Source: a virus (lineage: Duplodnaviria > Heunggongvirae > Uroviricota > Caudoviricetes > Herelleviridae). From it: a DNA stretch of 64,000 nucleotides. Position numbers and translations under genes: made by a program. Positions 9,083 to 19,268 of the stretch are shown here, in pieces (the stretch's first letter is position 1; each line of letters opens with the position of its first letter). Below the pieces are notes generated by a model that was not told where the DNA came from, made no database searches, and saw nothing but the letters and a program-made list of their open reading frames with translations. Location: IMG/VR virus record IMGVR_UViG_2706796241_000001; one strand, written 5' to 3'.

Positions 9083-10813
9083 TTATCTTTTATTCTTTTT
9101 TATACCATCAGTACCATGCTTAGTTGAGTTGGTGTTTTCTTCCGATTTTAACTGACCGTCCTTGCCAACATTGTCGTCTACCTTACCATTAACTTTCTTA
9201 GACTTACCGTTTAAACCTTGTTGTTCATCCTGAAATGAAACATCTGTATCATTTTGACTGTCTTTAGGCTCTTCTGGTTCTGGTTGTTCTACATCTCCAC
9301 CAGATAGCTCTAATAGTCTGTTTAAGCGGTCTTGGCTTCTTTGGTATTCTAGCTGTTCTTCTTGTAACGCTTGCCCAATAGCTTGTATGTGAACACCATT
9401 TAGTATAACGTCTCCGCCTTTAATCGGTTCTAAACCTTTATCATGTCTTATCTCGTTAACTGTTCTGAATACTTTACCTTCTTGCTCAATTATTTTAAGC
9501 TTATCTAGTTGAGCACTTAGGTCTCCCCCTCTAAATTGGAATTGGTATTTTTCTCCAAATTCCGCAACAATATATGTGTTAACGGTGTCCTCTATAAATC
9601 TTAAAAGGGGTTGTAGCCCTTTATTCTGAGAAGCTTGCATTTTCTCTTTTGAGTTTCCCTCATTTAGGGAGCCTCCTTTAGAGCCTGTTGCACCACCATT
9701 GTTAGGGAAGTTTATCTCTGCGGGGTCAATTCCATACAAAGCAGATATAACATTAATTAAGTAGTTAAGCCATTTTTCAAATTGCATATCATTAGCAGAG
9801 GGTGTCATGTTAACAAATTTTACATCTTCTGCAGATACTACAGGTATTTGCCATGAACCATTTATTCCTGCTAGTGAGCTTCTCCATTCTCTTCTAAATA
9901 TGTCTAACGCTTGTTGGCTCTGCTGTTGCCCAGTTTTTACATGCAAGATACCTCTTGTAGTACCTCCATGTGAGAAAAATCTGTCATTAAATACTTCTGT
10001 ATTTTCATGAGCAATAAATTGTTTTAGTGCTATTTCAAGCTCTGGATAACCATATTGCCCAACTTCTATGTCTGCTCTAGGGTTTCTAACAGCAAAAGCT
10101 AGCTCTCTCTCATTGAATTTGGCAACAATTCTGTTATCGATAACCTGAACAAATCTTTCACCATTTTTAATTAGTTTACCGTCACCATTTGTTGCTAAGA
10201 AAATTGTAGTTGGGTCTACAGTATCAAATTTGATAAAGTTACCATCTTTATCAAATACCTTTTCAAAGTTTACTTGGTCATACATATATGTTGCCCGAAC
10301 AAGTTTTTTACAAAAAGTTGTAAAGTTATCTCTATTAGGGTCTCTAAATTGTGCTGTGTTCTCTAAAAAACTTTCAATACGCTTAATATTAGCAATGTCA
10401 TATGAAGTAGGTTCTGCTTCAATATCTTTTAAACGTATCTCGTAACCAACACCTGTTTCAGAGTTTCTTGCGGGCTTACAATACATCGATACTTGGTTTG
10501 ACCGTGTATTAATAATAGCATTTAATATTATGTTATTACCAAACTTTTTAAGTGTCTTATGTAAGTCTTGAGAGTTACGTATAGACGGTTTAGTTTTATA
10601 CCCGGGGTTTACTGACATCTCTCCAATAATTGGTTGCATATATGCAGTGGTCTTGCCATTCATACCTTTTTCAATACTTTCCATGCTGTACGGCTCGTTA
10701 TTGACCACATTGGTGTCTATTTCCCTTAAATGCATCTTATAATTTTCCATATTACGAGTTTCTTCTATGGACGATTTTTCTATACCTAGTGCTTTATCTA
10801 ACCATTTTGGCAA
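9083..10813 (-). CDS. portal protein (576 aa)
   Basis: Size and position upstream of protease; portal-like core region (WQIPVVSAEDVKF.., GIDPAEINFPNNGGATG). Confidence 0.65.
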   Translation of the reverse strand: MPKWLDKALGIEKSSIEETRNMENYKMHLREIDTNVVNNEPYSMESIEKGMNGKTTAYMQPIIGEMSVNPGYKTKPSIRNSQDLHKTLKKFGNNIILNAIINTRSNQVSMYCKPARNSETGVGYEIRLKDIEAEPTSYDIANIKRIESFLENTAQFRDPNRDNFTTFCKKLVRATYMYDQVNFEKVFDKDGNFIKFDTVDPTTIFLATNGDGKLIKNGERFVQVIDNRIVAKFNERELAFAVRNPRADIEVGQYGYPELEIALKQFIAHENTEVFNDRFFSHGGTTRGILHVKTGQQQSQQALDIFRREWRSSLAGINGSWQIPVVSAEDVKFVNMTPSANDMQFEKWLNYLINVISALYGIDPAEINFPNNGGATGSKGGSLNEGNSKEKMQASQNKGLQPLLRFIEDTVNTYIVAEFGEKYQFQFRGGDLSAQLDKLKIIEQEGKVFRTVNEIRHDKGLEPIKGGDVILNGVHIQAIGQALQEEQLEYQRSQDRLNRLLELSGGDVEQPEPEEPKDSQNDTDVSFQDEQQGLNGKSKKVNGKVDDNVGKDGQLKSEENTNSTKHGTDGIKKNKR

Positions 10814-10827
10814 CTGTTACACCTACC

Positions 10828-11172
10828 TTATACATAAATTTTTATCCTTGTCTTATCGTTTAAGCATCTTCCATTAGGTATTTCGATTTCTTTCTCTTCC
10901 ATATCATTATAAAAGAAGCTTTTTTGACCATCATTAACTATTTCGTAATCATAAATTACAGGGTTACCTTTTCTATCTAATAAAAGTATCTCTCTGCTAT
11001 CTAACAACCTTAAAATTCTATAGCTTTCTCCGTTTATTGTTGTATGTATCTGGACGTGATTTCCACCATACTCATAGTATGAGTGGATAATTAAAATCCA
11101 ATCACCAACAAACCCATTCTTTTTAGCAACTTTTTTAACCATCTGCCATGTCTCATCTTGAATATAACCCAT
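10828..11172 (-). CDS. hypothetical protein (114 aa)
   Basis: ORF track. Confidence 0.4.
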   Translation of the reverse strand: MGYIQDETWQMVKKVAKKNGFVGDWILIIHSYYEYGGNHVQIHTTINGESYRILRLLDSREILLLDRKGNPVIYDYEIVNDGQKSFFYNDMEEKEIEIPNGRCLNDKTRIKIYV

Positions 11173-11312
11173 GTTTCCCCTCCTTAAATGGTTTTAACAT
11201 AAGTCTATTATACCACATAACTAATCATAACCATTTTATATTACTATTTACTATATATTAATATAGCATAAAAAAGACCCCTTAATAAAGGGGTCATTAT
11301 TGCTATTTAATT

Positions 11313-11951
11313 TTAGTACCAACCATTTGCTAACCAGAAAGATTTTGCGTTCTCCCATGAGCCATAGCGACCTGCTACATACTCATCAGCTACTCGTTCT
11401 TGGTTGGCAGGTGAATAGTCACCATTTAAATAAGAGGCAGATAATTGGTAACGACCAATATACTGACCATTTGTTGCATCATAAGAACCACTAGATTCAC
11501 GTTGTGCAATCCACTCTTTTGCTGAGCTACTATCAGCAGGTACCTCTACTACAGGGGCAGGGGCTTCTGCTACAACTACAGGTTGCTCTACAACTTCTTG
11601 TTCTACAACTACAGGTTGTTCAGGTGCTACTGGTGCGTTATACTGTACTTCAATATCTGGTTCAGTGGCATTTACTTGTTCCACTAGCTTGCCATTTTCA
11701 TCTAAAGGTAATAGCAATTTGTCACCTACGAAAATGACATTAGGGTCAGCTACAACACCTTTGTTAACTTTATGAATGTTAGTGAAGTCTAAGTTGTACT
11801 TAGCCCCAATTTCTGATAGTGTGTCTCCTGACTCTACCTTCCAATATGTCTTCCCATTCTCTGTTACTTCTTCTGCCTTAGCTTCGGTTCCTAAACCTAC
11901 TACTAAACCTAAACTTAATAAACTTAAACCTAAAATACTAGTTTTCTTCAA
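11313..11951 (-). CDS. secreted LysM-domain peptidoglycan-binding protein with C-terminal IsaA/SceD-like transglycosylase-like domain (212 aa)
   Basis: N-terminal signal peptide MKKTSILGLSLLSLGLVVGLGTEAKA; LysM GDTLSEIGAKYNLDF..VFVGDKLLLP; C-terminus AQRESSGSYDATNGQYIGRYQLS..ANGWY. Confidence 0.6.
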   Translation of the reverse strand: MKKTSILGLSLLSLGLVVGLGTEAKAEEVTENGKTYWKVESGDTLSEIGAKYNLDFTNIHKVNKGVVADPNVIFVGDKLLLPLDENGKLVEQVNATEPDIEVQYNAPVAPEQPVVVEQEVVEQPVVVAEAPAPVVEVPADSSSAKEWIAQRESSGSYDATNGQYIGRYQLSASYLNGDYSPANQERVADEYVAGRYGSWENAKSFWLANGWY

Positions 11952-12087
11952 AATAAAATTCTCCTCAATATTTTCTTTATTTGTGTTGCTTACAAGAACT
12001 AATATAACATGTAATTGTTACAGCCAAAAGAACAAGCGGTTACATAGCCATTACATATTATTACGAATATTACAAAGAAAGAAAAAA

Positions 12088-12115
12088 GACCACCATAAGA
12101 TGGTCTTAAATCTAG
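12088..12115 (-). terminator. rho-independent terminator after endolysin gene
   Basis: aagacca-ccataaga-tggtctt hairpin followed by a T-run on the minus strand. Confidence 0.5.
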
Positions 12116-12158
12116 TATTAAGATTTTTTAGTAATACCTACTACTGGACATACTGTCT

Positions 12159-12986
12159 CTAATCTGTTATACCATGGTGCATTTTTATTCCATTCTTTTT
12201 GACTGTAAAATGGAATGTCTTTTCCGTTATTTTTCTGTAAATATCCTCAATTACTTTCATTTCATCTGGATGAGATACTCTGCGACAGTTTACCCCATTA
12301 CAGAACATAACTGTCCATGCATCACCATTCCACTCTAGTACTCCTGTTTTTGAGTTAATAGGTCTTTCGTATAAACAATACATAGTTGCCACTCCTTCTT
12401 TATTTTTATTATTACTTGGTTTGCTTGGTGTAGGCTTACTTGGCTCCGGCTTAACTGCATTGTTAGAGCCCCCTGCCATGAACTGTTGAGCTTGACGTAC
12501 AACTTCGTCTACGTCCATACCTCCGGGGCATGCTGTTGCAGTTACTTCGTTATGTCCTAACACGTGTTGTCGGTCACATGGAATACCATAACGTGTACAA
12601 ATATCTGCCACTAAACGAGCACAATTTGTAATTGTTCTAGGGTCTACAGACCAATTAGGTGCTCCTGACGAGTTTACATTTTCAATACCTATTGAACGTT
12701 GGTTAGGGTTAGCAATCTTAGGAACATCTATACCACCTGTACCTCCGGCATGGAATGCTGAATACTGCTCACCGACACATCCAATAATTTCTGTTGGTGT
12801 ACATTCATAATGAGCAGATGTACCTGCACCACCACCTAATAGCCATGTGTTCATAGCAACATCTTTATTTGTTGTTGCATTGTGATGTAAGATAATGGTG
12901 TCGATAGGGATACCATTACGACTACCTGCGTTCATTGGGTTAGGATTTACACTTGTAATCAAGCTACTAAATACTTCTCCTGCCAT
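12159..12986 (-). CDS. endolysin, N-acetylmuramoyl-L-alanine amidase (Amidase_2/PGRP type) (275 aa)
   Basis: IDTIILHHNATT and GAGTSAHYE Zn-amidase motifs; C-terminal extension after a PT linker. Confidence 0.7.
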   Translation of the reverse strand: MAGEVFSSLITSVNPNPMNAGSRNGIPIDTIILHHNATTNKDVAMNTWLLGGGAGTSAHYECTPTEIIGCVGEQYSAFHAGGTGGIDVPKIANPNQRSIGIENVNSSGAPNWSVDPRTITNCARLVADICTRYGIPCDRQHVLGHNEVTATACPGGMDVDEVVRQAQQFMAGGSNNAVKPEPSKPTPSKPSNNKNKEGVATMYCLYERPINSKTGVLEWNGDAWTVMFCNGVNCRRVSHPDEMKVIEDIYRKITEKTFHFTVKKNGIKMHHGITD

Positions 12987-13079
12987 CTATTAAACCTCCT
13001 TAGTTAGTCATAAAAAAGAAACGAGTTCTATTTCATGCATATCTAATATAGCACAAAATAGAACTCGTTAATTTAATTT

Positions 13080-13424
13080 TTATAGATGTTCAACTAAGAA
13101 TCTTTCTACACCGTCAATGTCAGTTTTATCTGAATAGGTAGCAACACATTCTACAATGGTTGTTAGTTCTCCATTGTTAAGCTTAACTTGTTGCTTACCT
13201 TTCTCTAAAGAAATAGGTAAACCTAAATCTTTATTCCTATTTATCATCCCCGCACACATAAGGAATGATTCTACTGCGCTATCTCCTTTTTTTATTAGAT
13301 AGTAGGGCACAGGAATCATAACTTGACTTGTATACTCTAAGCTATCAGGCATTGCATCTCTTTTTTCTTTAAGTAATCTTAAATTTTTTATAAGAGCTTT
13401 CCCCAAAGAATTTTTAATTTCCAT
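13080..13424 (-). CDS. hypothetical protein (114 aa)
   Basis: ORF track. Confidence 0.4.
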   Translation of the reverse strand: MEIKNSLGKALIKNLRLLKEKRDAMPDSLEYTSQVMIPVPYYLIKKGDSAVESFLMCAGMINRNKDLGLPISLEKGKQQVKLNNGELTTIVECVATYSDKTDIDGVERFLVEHL

Positions 13425-14130
13425 TATGAGCTTTCAGCCCCTCTCTCATACTGTTAACTAGCTCCATTAAATCATATTTTTCTGCGACTTCGTCTGTTAA
13501 TTCATTAGCCAAAGCCTCGGTTACTCTTAATGTGTTAAGTACGTCATCTTTTGTTTTTAGTACTTCCATAGCTCTTTCCCGTTCTTCTTCTAACTTAGCT
13601 TGACGTTCTTTACGCTCTTCTTCTTGCTTAGCCATGTATTCTTTTGTACCAAATACAATATTTACACGTACTTCTTGTGCCTGTAGTATAGAGCTACAAC
13701 CTGTTTGTAATTCATCAATGACAGCCTCACCTAATGGTAAAACCTTTCCATCCTTAACAGCTTCGACAAATCTCTTATTTATCTCTAGTTCATTTAAATT
13801 TTTATCTACAGCTAATCTAAATAAATTCTCATACTCAACTGGGTATTCTGCTCTGATTACTTGGAACCCTAAAAAATAACCTGATGTGTAATCTCCTTCT
13901 GGTGGGTTTTGTTGTAGAAACTGGTAGTTCTCATACAAATCTTTAACTAGCTTACCCATCTTCTCTACAAAAATATCGTAGTCCTCATCAGTAGCTACCT
14001 TATTAGTTAATTCATCTAGTTTCTTATTATTCATAATTAATTCCATATTATTTATTTCTCCTTTCAATATATGCATTATATCATTTGTTATGTCTGTTAC
14101 TTTATCTGTTAGTCCCTCTTTTGCTAGCAT
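13414..14130 (-). CDS. hypothetical coiled-coil protein (238 aa)
   Basis: ORF track; KQEEERKERQAKLEEERERAME coiled-coil stretch. Confidence 0.4.
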   Translation of the reverse strand: MLAKEGLTDKVTDITNDIMHILKGEINNMELIMNNKKLDELTNKVATDEDYDIFVEKMGKLVKDLYENYQFLQQNPPEGDYTSGYFLGFQVIRAEYPVEYENLFRLAVDKNLNELEINKRFVEAVKDGKVLPLGEAVIDELQTGCSSILQAQEVRVNIVFGTKEYMAKQEEERKERQAKLEEERERAMEVLKTKDDVLNTLRVTEALANELTDEVAEKYDLMELVNSMREGLKAHNGN

Positions 14131-14233
14131 CTTTAAGTTATAAAATTCTTTAACTACCTTACTTACTAGTAAATTAAAAATTAAAAAATAATAGTTGAAA
14201 ATACTAGTATAATGACTAACGTAGCACTTATGA

Positions 14234-14578
14234 CTAAGGCTCCCCTAGAAGACTACGCAGTGAGCTCATTGACACAATATACTCTGTCTTATTTCTTTTG
14301 TATCCATATAAGCTAATTAGTTCCTCTACATCAGGTGCATTATCTGTGCTTATCTTAGCCCCTAGACCCAATTTCCAAGCCTTTAATGTGAGCTGTGAAA
14401 AAGCTAACATCTTCATACCTTCAACAGCCTCATCTGACATTGAGAAAGACATTTTTAAATAAGAACCTTCTCTAGTAAACCCTACCACTCCTCGTGTAAC
14501 AGAGTCTTGTTCAAGAATAAGATAATCAGTACACTGCGTATCAAAATTATTTCCAAATTTTTTAGTGTCTGCTAGCAA
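14234..14578 (-). CDS. hypothetical protein (114 aa)
   Basis: ORF track. Confidence 0.4.
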   Translation of the reverse strand: MLADTKKFGNNFDTQCTDYLILEQDSVTRGVVGFTREGSYLKMSFSMSDEAVEGMKMLAFSQLTLKAWKLGLGAKISTDNAPDVEELISLYGYKRNKTEYIVSMSSLRSLLGEP

Positions 14579-14661
14579 TTTTGCTATCTTTTTAGGGTCT
14601 AACTTCTCTTCTTCATCACTACCTAGGCTAACCTTACGTAGTTCCTTAGCATTAACTGGTT

Positions 14662-15021
14662 CTAATTCTTTTTCTTTTTACTCTCTTTGTCTAAAGGGTT
14701 ACTGTTATTACTGTCTGAACTGCCTGTATCTTCATAAATAGTTGTGGTCATAGTTTTACCATTTCTAACAACTTTTCTTTTAACAGGTTTCAGCTTAGAC
14801 AAGTCTTTTTGACCACCTTTTACTAAATACATATCTTTAGAATCACAGCTATCTGCATATAGATACATGTCATAAAAATTGTCAAACCCATACGCTTTGA
14901 CGATATGTTGATATTCGTTTGTTAGCAATTCGTTATTTTTTATAACGTACTCATAACTTAAAGACTTATTTATTAGTCCTTCAATTGTACTTTTACTTAT
15001 TTTTACATTGTTGTCTACCAT
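14662..15021 (-). CDS. hypothetical protein (start moved to the RBS-supported Met, ~119 aa)
   Basis: AGGGGGA RBS 5 nt before the internal ATG (MVDNNVK..); tracked ORF started 17 codons earlier without an RBS. Confidence 0.4.
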   Translation of the reverse strand: MVDNNVKISKSTIEGLINKSLSYEYVIKNNELLTNEYQHIVKAYGFDNFYDMYLYADSCDSKDMYLVKGGQKDLSKLKPVKRKVVRNGKTMTTTIYEDTGSSDSNNSNPLDKESKKKKN

Positions 15022-15120
15022 AACTATCCCCCTAACTATATTTATTATACCACAAAAATATATATCAAACAATACAAAATGCCTTATTCAGCTTGACTAA
15101 AACTAAATAAGGCAATCTAC

Positions 15121-16479
15121 CTATACAAATTCTGTAAATATATCAGGTTTCGTAGGTGCTAATTGAGTTGACACCCAATCAGAGTCAAATCCATACTCTT
15201 TTACTCCTGTAAATACATTCATTAGGTACTCATACCCTAACATGGAATAAACGCTTGCTTGTGAGTAGTGGTCATCACCTTTTCTGCCGATAATTTGTCT
15301 AAAACCTGTCGATGTCTTTTCGTCCTCAATATCACGTATAACAACATTCTTCCAGTGCTCTTTATATAAATTAAGCTCTGTATCTGGTTTTGAGTAGTAA
15401 CCTATTTCTCCTTCTTTCATCTTGTTAATGTAACGTTTATTCTGCATTAACTTGTCAGCGGATACTTTATTTGCTTGTGGGCTCCAAGTAGGCACTAAGT
15501 TACCAGTAGATTTAGGGGTTGATGGGTAGACACACCCAAAAACTCGTTCTTTTCCATAAATTTGCATAAGTTTAGCAACTTTATCCCCTGAGTCCCCTAC
15601 GTCAGCTACGATTATATCTGGATTGTAAGGGGCTAGCTGTAATTTTATAGACTGTATGTCTACATCTATTGCATTAGGGTCTAGCGGGTTGGACTTACCT
15701 ACAGAAAAAAGTTTTATCAAATCTACCGTACCATTTGTTTTAACACCATGTATAGATACCCAATGTCTGTTACCCCAGTCAATACCAACAGATATAAATT
15801 TATAATCACCTCTGTCTTTAGCAGGTTCTATTAAATAGTTTCTCTTATGGCTATCAACGTCAGAGTCGTTAACAGTTAATTTCAAGTCTGCATAAGGGTA
15901 CCCAAGAGTGTAGTTATAAAAGGCTTGTTTAGATAATGATTGAAGTTCTTTAGTCTTTAACTGGTCGGCAGTTACCCATACTGCGTTCATTTGGGAAATC
16001 ATATATCCTCTAGTACCTAGACCATTTTTTGTTCTATCAGGGTATTTAGGTACCCATACACCGTTGTACCATCTGTCTAATGGTTCTCCACATTTTTGAC
16101 AAACAAACTGGAATGAACCGTCAACTACTGTTTTAGCAACAACATCGACCCCTTTTGGGTTAACACAAAGAATGTTACCTCTACTCTCTACAGGAGCCTC
16201 TGGTGTATATGCATCATAACTCATTTCGTTATAATAATTACATTTCTCACATTTATGTAAATACCAATGTTGGTCTGACCCTTTAAAGAGCCCATGTATT
16301 CCCATATCGGGTGCTGATGGAGTGCTCCATCTGTTAACTATCTTATAAGGTGAGGAAGACATGGATTCCAACGCAGAAGCCTCTGCTAATGCAGGTACAC
16401 GGTCATACTCGTCCATAGATAGATAGTCAATATCGACACCTTCCACAGCGCCCGGTTTTGAACTTGAACGAAAATACAA
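15121..16479 (-). CDS. terL: large terminase, C-terminal part (Walker B region to RNaseH-like nuclease domain)
   Basis: Aligns by eye to T4 gp17: [21 protein letters not shown] ~ [41 protein letters not shown] ~ KIIITTTPNGLNHFYDIW; nuclease GIDWG motif; reading frame breaks against the upstream segment at A6/T5 runs. Confidence 0.65.
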   Translation of the reverse strand: [452 protein letters not shown]

Positions 16480-16489
16480 AAACTATTTC

Positions 16490-16762
16490 TTATTTTTTAG
16501 CTTTTAATGAGTTAACTTCTTGGTCTACAATTGTGCTGTAGTACCCATTCTGTAAAACAGGGTCTAACCTTGTCTGTACAAATTTAGTCATTTGCTCATT
16601 CGTTGGGAATGTATAAAGACATTTAACAGCATCATAACTATGCGTGTCTGCAAACTGTAGCATAGAACCAACACCCATTTCTGATAGTCCTAGCTGTCTT
16701 GATTTAATTATTGCCTTGTCTCTATGTTGGTCATTTATTATCTTTGGTTGCCCATTTGGTTA
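16490..16762 (-). CDS. terL: large terminase ATPase segment (exon 2 region; frame-broken at its 3' end)
   Basis: [23 protein letters not shown] matches T4 gp17 YGVIKVQLRDYQRDML..SRQLGKT; open from 16762; stops in the A6 run at 16493-16498. Confidence 0.55.
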
Positions 16763-18145
16763 CCCTCGGTTTCCCGATATTTATTAGGGGACTAGACTAT
16801 ATCATCAACCTAATTTTTGGTTTAGGTTGCTCTACGTTACAACAAATCTATGCTTTTTAAAAACTGCTGAACTAGGTGCTCAATCTGTTCAGGACTATTA
16901 GTGTATGATACTCTGAGTAAGGGTATTTTTTTATGAGTACAATAATCATTCTTAGTGTTATCATTTCTTACTGTACTTTTAAACTTCTGTTCCCCTCCGA
17001 AACAACTTACTGGTTTCGTGTGCTGTTCTCCATCATATTCAATTAAACCACGCACTTTGTTATTACTAATTAATGCAAAGTCAAAAGGTAAGGGTCTAGT
17101 ACTTCTACAATCGTCAAAGGTGTACTCTCTCAAAAAAGAGGTGTTGCTTAGCTTAAGAATAGTAGCTACTAATAGCTCTCCTTTTGATTCGTTACATCTA
17201 GGACAACCCGAACCCTGTAGCAGGTGGTTAGCTCTAGCCTCCCAAACATAACCACAAGTTGTATGCCTAACCTTAATTTTTTGTTAGCTCCGGTGTACTC
17301 TGCATCTTCCGTTAGCTCATAGGAATATCCTTTTGTTTTAAGAAGCAACTCTCTAAACTCATTAGTAGTTCTCTTAGTTGAGCAACGGTTATTTTTAGAA
17401 CAGTTAGGACAACTAGTTGCATTAATGAATAAACTTGCTGGTCGCAGATAAAATTCTGTACCACATTTAGAATGCAAGAATTTAAGTTTAGTACTATTGT
17501 TTTTATACTCATTAATATTGAGTACAACGTATTCTCCTTTAAATGTGTCTGTTACTCTTTTTTCGTATTCTTTTGGTGAAGTTGCTTTGTTTCTGTATTG
17601 ACAATGAGGGCACCCTCCACCTTTTTTTGAGTTAAGTAGGACAACCGGAGTGGTTTCCCAAACATGCCCACACACGTTATGACGAAATAGAGTCTTTTCT
17701 CGTTGCTTTGTAAACTCACCTATAAGTTCAAAGTCAGTTCCTTTTACACTTTTGAGCTTTTCTATGAAAATTTCTTTTCTGTCCTTAGCTATCTTAATCA
17801 CCTCCTGTATATTATTATTTTTATTGAGCTTGCATAGTTTATTTGCCTTTTATCTAGTTCTCACTAACTCCTTTTAGTTAGCTACCTAGAAATTTAGTCG
17901 TTAGGCTTTTACAGTTATAGTATAACTGATTTAGCACGGTAGGTCAACCCTGTCCTTATACACTAGGATTTAGTCTCTCTTACCAGTATATTGTTTACGT
18001 GTATATTATTTTACTATGCCCGTTTAGTAGAGTTTAAAGACCACAGCTTTGTTGGTTTATGGTCTATGTGCCTGTGCTTTTGTTGCATCCCTTCCTGATA
18101 TAATAAAAGTTATTGGGTGATTACGCACAGAGTGATTTCTCAATA
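16763..18145 (-). other. group I intron (~1.35 kb) interrupting terL, carrying a homing endonuclease gene; boundaries approximate
   Basis: terL exon homology stops after ..TPSTY (near 18146) and resumes at NGQPKI (near 16760); the intervening ORF is a nuclease unrelated to terminase. Confidence 0.55.
16837..17801 (-). CDS. intron-encoded homing endonuclease: three zinc-ribbon repeats plus Vsr-like PD-(D/E)xK nuclease domain (I-Bth0305I-like); split by one frame break at an A6 run (17279-17284)
   Basis: Repeats FRHNVCGHVWETTP..GGGCPHC, FLHSKCGTEFYLRP..SCPNC, HTTCGYVWEA..GSGCPRC; C-terminal PLPFDFALISNNKVRGLIEYDGEQH; adding one A to the run restores a single ~321-aa ORF. Confidence 0.6.
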
Positions 18146-18260
18146 GGTACGTTGATGGGGTCAGCATATCTGTTATATAAGCTAACTGCTCCGTTGTAAT
18201 TTTATCAGTACCATACATCTCTTTAGCCATTTTAGCTATATGTTGTGCTTTTGTCGTCAT
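18057..18260 (-). CDS. terL: large terminase exon 1 (first ~40 codons exonic; rest of the tracked ORF reads into the intron)
   Basis: ATG overlaps the upstream stop (TAATG); MTTKAQHIAKMAKEMYGTDKITTEQLAYITDMLTPSTY, then homology to gp17 is lost. Confidence 0.45.
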   Translation of the reverse strand: MTTKAQHIAKMAKEMYGTDKITTEQLAYITDMLTPSTYLLRNHSVRNHPITFIISGRDATKAQAHRP

Positions 18261-18571
18261 TAGAAGGTCGCCTCGTTCTCTCTGTTCATCTGTAGCTCTC
18301 TGTTAACTAAGACTTCCTCAAGTTGGTCATCTGGAAGACTAGCTAACTCATCAAGAGAAATTAGCTCCTCTTCTTCACCGTCCTTAATAATCTTTTCTGT
18401 GCTAACCTTTTCAGATATGATGTCTTTATGCTCAGATGTAAGTGCAGGTAGAGTTCCTGTACCTTCTTGCATTCCATCATTTATATTATTAACCTGTAAA
18501 TAAATCTGAAATAGCCTTGTTAAATCTGCAATATCATCAACTTCTATAGCACCTGATGTAACATTAGCCAT
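18260..18571 (-). CDS. acidic hypothetical protein upstream of terL (103 aa)
   Basis: ORF track; translationally coupled to terL; a small-terminase role cannot be supported from sequence. Confidence 0.35.
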   Translation of the reverse strand: MANVTSGAIEVDDIADLTRLFQIYLQVNNINDGMQEGTGTLPALTSEHKDIISEKVSTEKIIKDGEEEELISLDELASLPDDQLEEVLVNRELQMNRENEATF

Positions 18572-18690
18572 AAATTGATTGATAAGTTTTATTGAAGCTT
18601 GATTAAATGTGTCTCTTAGTTGTTGCTCTGGTGTTCTTTCTAACTTTTTTGTTTTGCATTATCTTTAAGTCTATCTGCCATACCCATTAG

Positions 18691-18978
18691 CTAGCTTTCC
18701 CCTTTCTTACTAGAATACGCATAACAAGACCTTATATCCTCACAGACATTTAGTCTAACAATGTCTGAAATCTTACAGCTAATATGGTCTACTACTACTG
18801 TTGGTACGCCTGTTCTTAATACGAGCTTAGATAGCGGTCTTCCACAAACTGCACATATTCTTGTTGCACTACTTATGCGTTTGTCCCCTCTTTTTATAGT
18901 TGTTGTTTTACTAGATTGACTAAAAATATATCTACGTTTATCCTTAATGTCTTTATTGGTAATAGACACCCATCCCAC
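18691..18978 (-). CDS. small zinc-finger protein (95 aa)
   Basis: CAVCGRP..H.SC Cys/His motif. Confidence 0.35.
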   Translation of the reverse strand: MGWVSITNKDIKDKRRYIFSQSSKTTTIKRGDKRISSATRICAVCGRPLSKLVLRTGVPTVVVDHISCKISDIVRLNVCEDIRSCYAYSSKKGES

Positions 18979-18989
18979 CCCCTAATAGG

Positions 18990-19268
18990 CTATCTTTTTA
19001 TGATAGCTTTAATCTTCTGCAAGTCACTGATTGCTTCTTTAAGTTGATTCTCTACGTTCTCTTTTTTCTTTTTATTAGTATACCAATCAAACAGAATACT
19101 AGATAGCAATGCACATGAGGCACCGCCAATTAATGCCTGAAATGGGGCATTTTGTTCTACAATAACATATTTAGAGAACAGCTTACTTAAAGTAACCATG
19201 ACTAATGCAGAGATGGTAATAAAAATAATTTTTTTAATAATTCGTTTGCTATTATCCATTTTTACCAC
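18990..19268 (-). CDS. small two-TM membrane protein, holin-like topology (92 aa)
   Basis: Two hydrophobic helices and a charged C-terminus; not adjacent to the endolysin. Confidence 0.3.
   Translation of the reverse strand: MVKMDNSKRIIKKIIFITISALVMVTLSKLFSKYVIVEQNAPFQALIGGASCALLSSILFDWYTNKKKKENVENQLKEAISDLQKIKAIIKR

Noticed and set aside
16680-16700. Walker-A lysine apparently replaced (SRQLG-L-S) in TerL, read as proof of an inactive pseudogene
   Set aside because: The call rests on a by-eye alignment to T4 gp17 only. Lineage-specific P-loop variants or a local sequencing error cannot be excluded; kept as a note within the terL finding.
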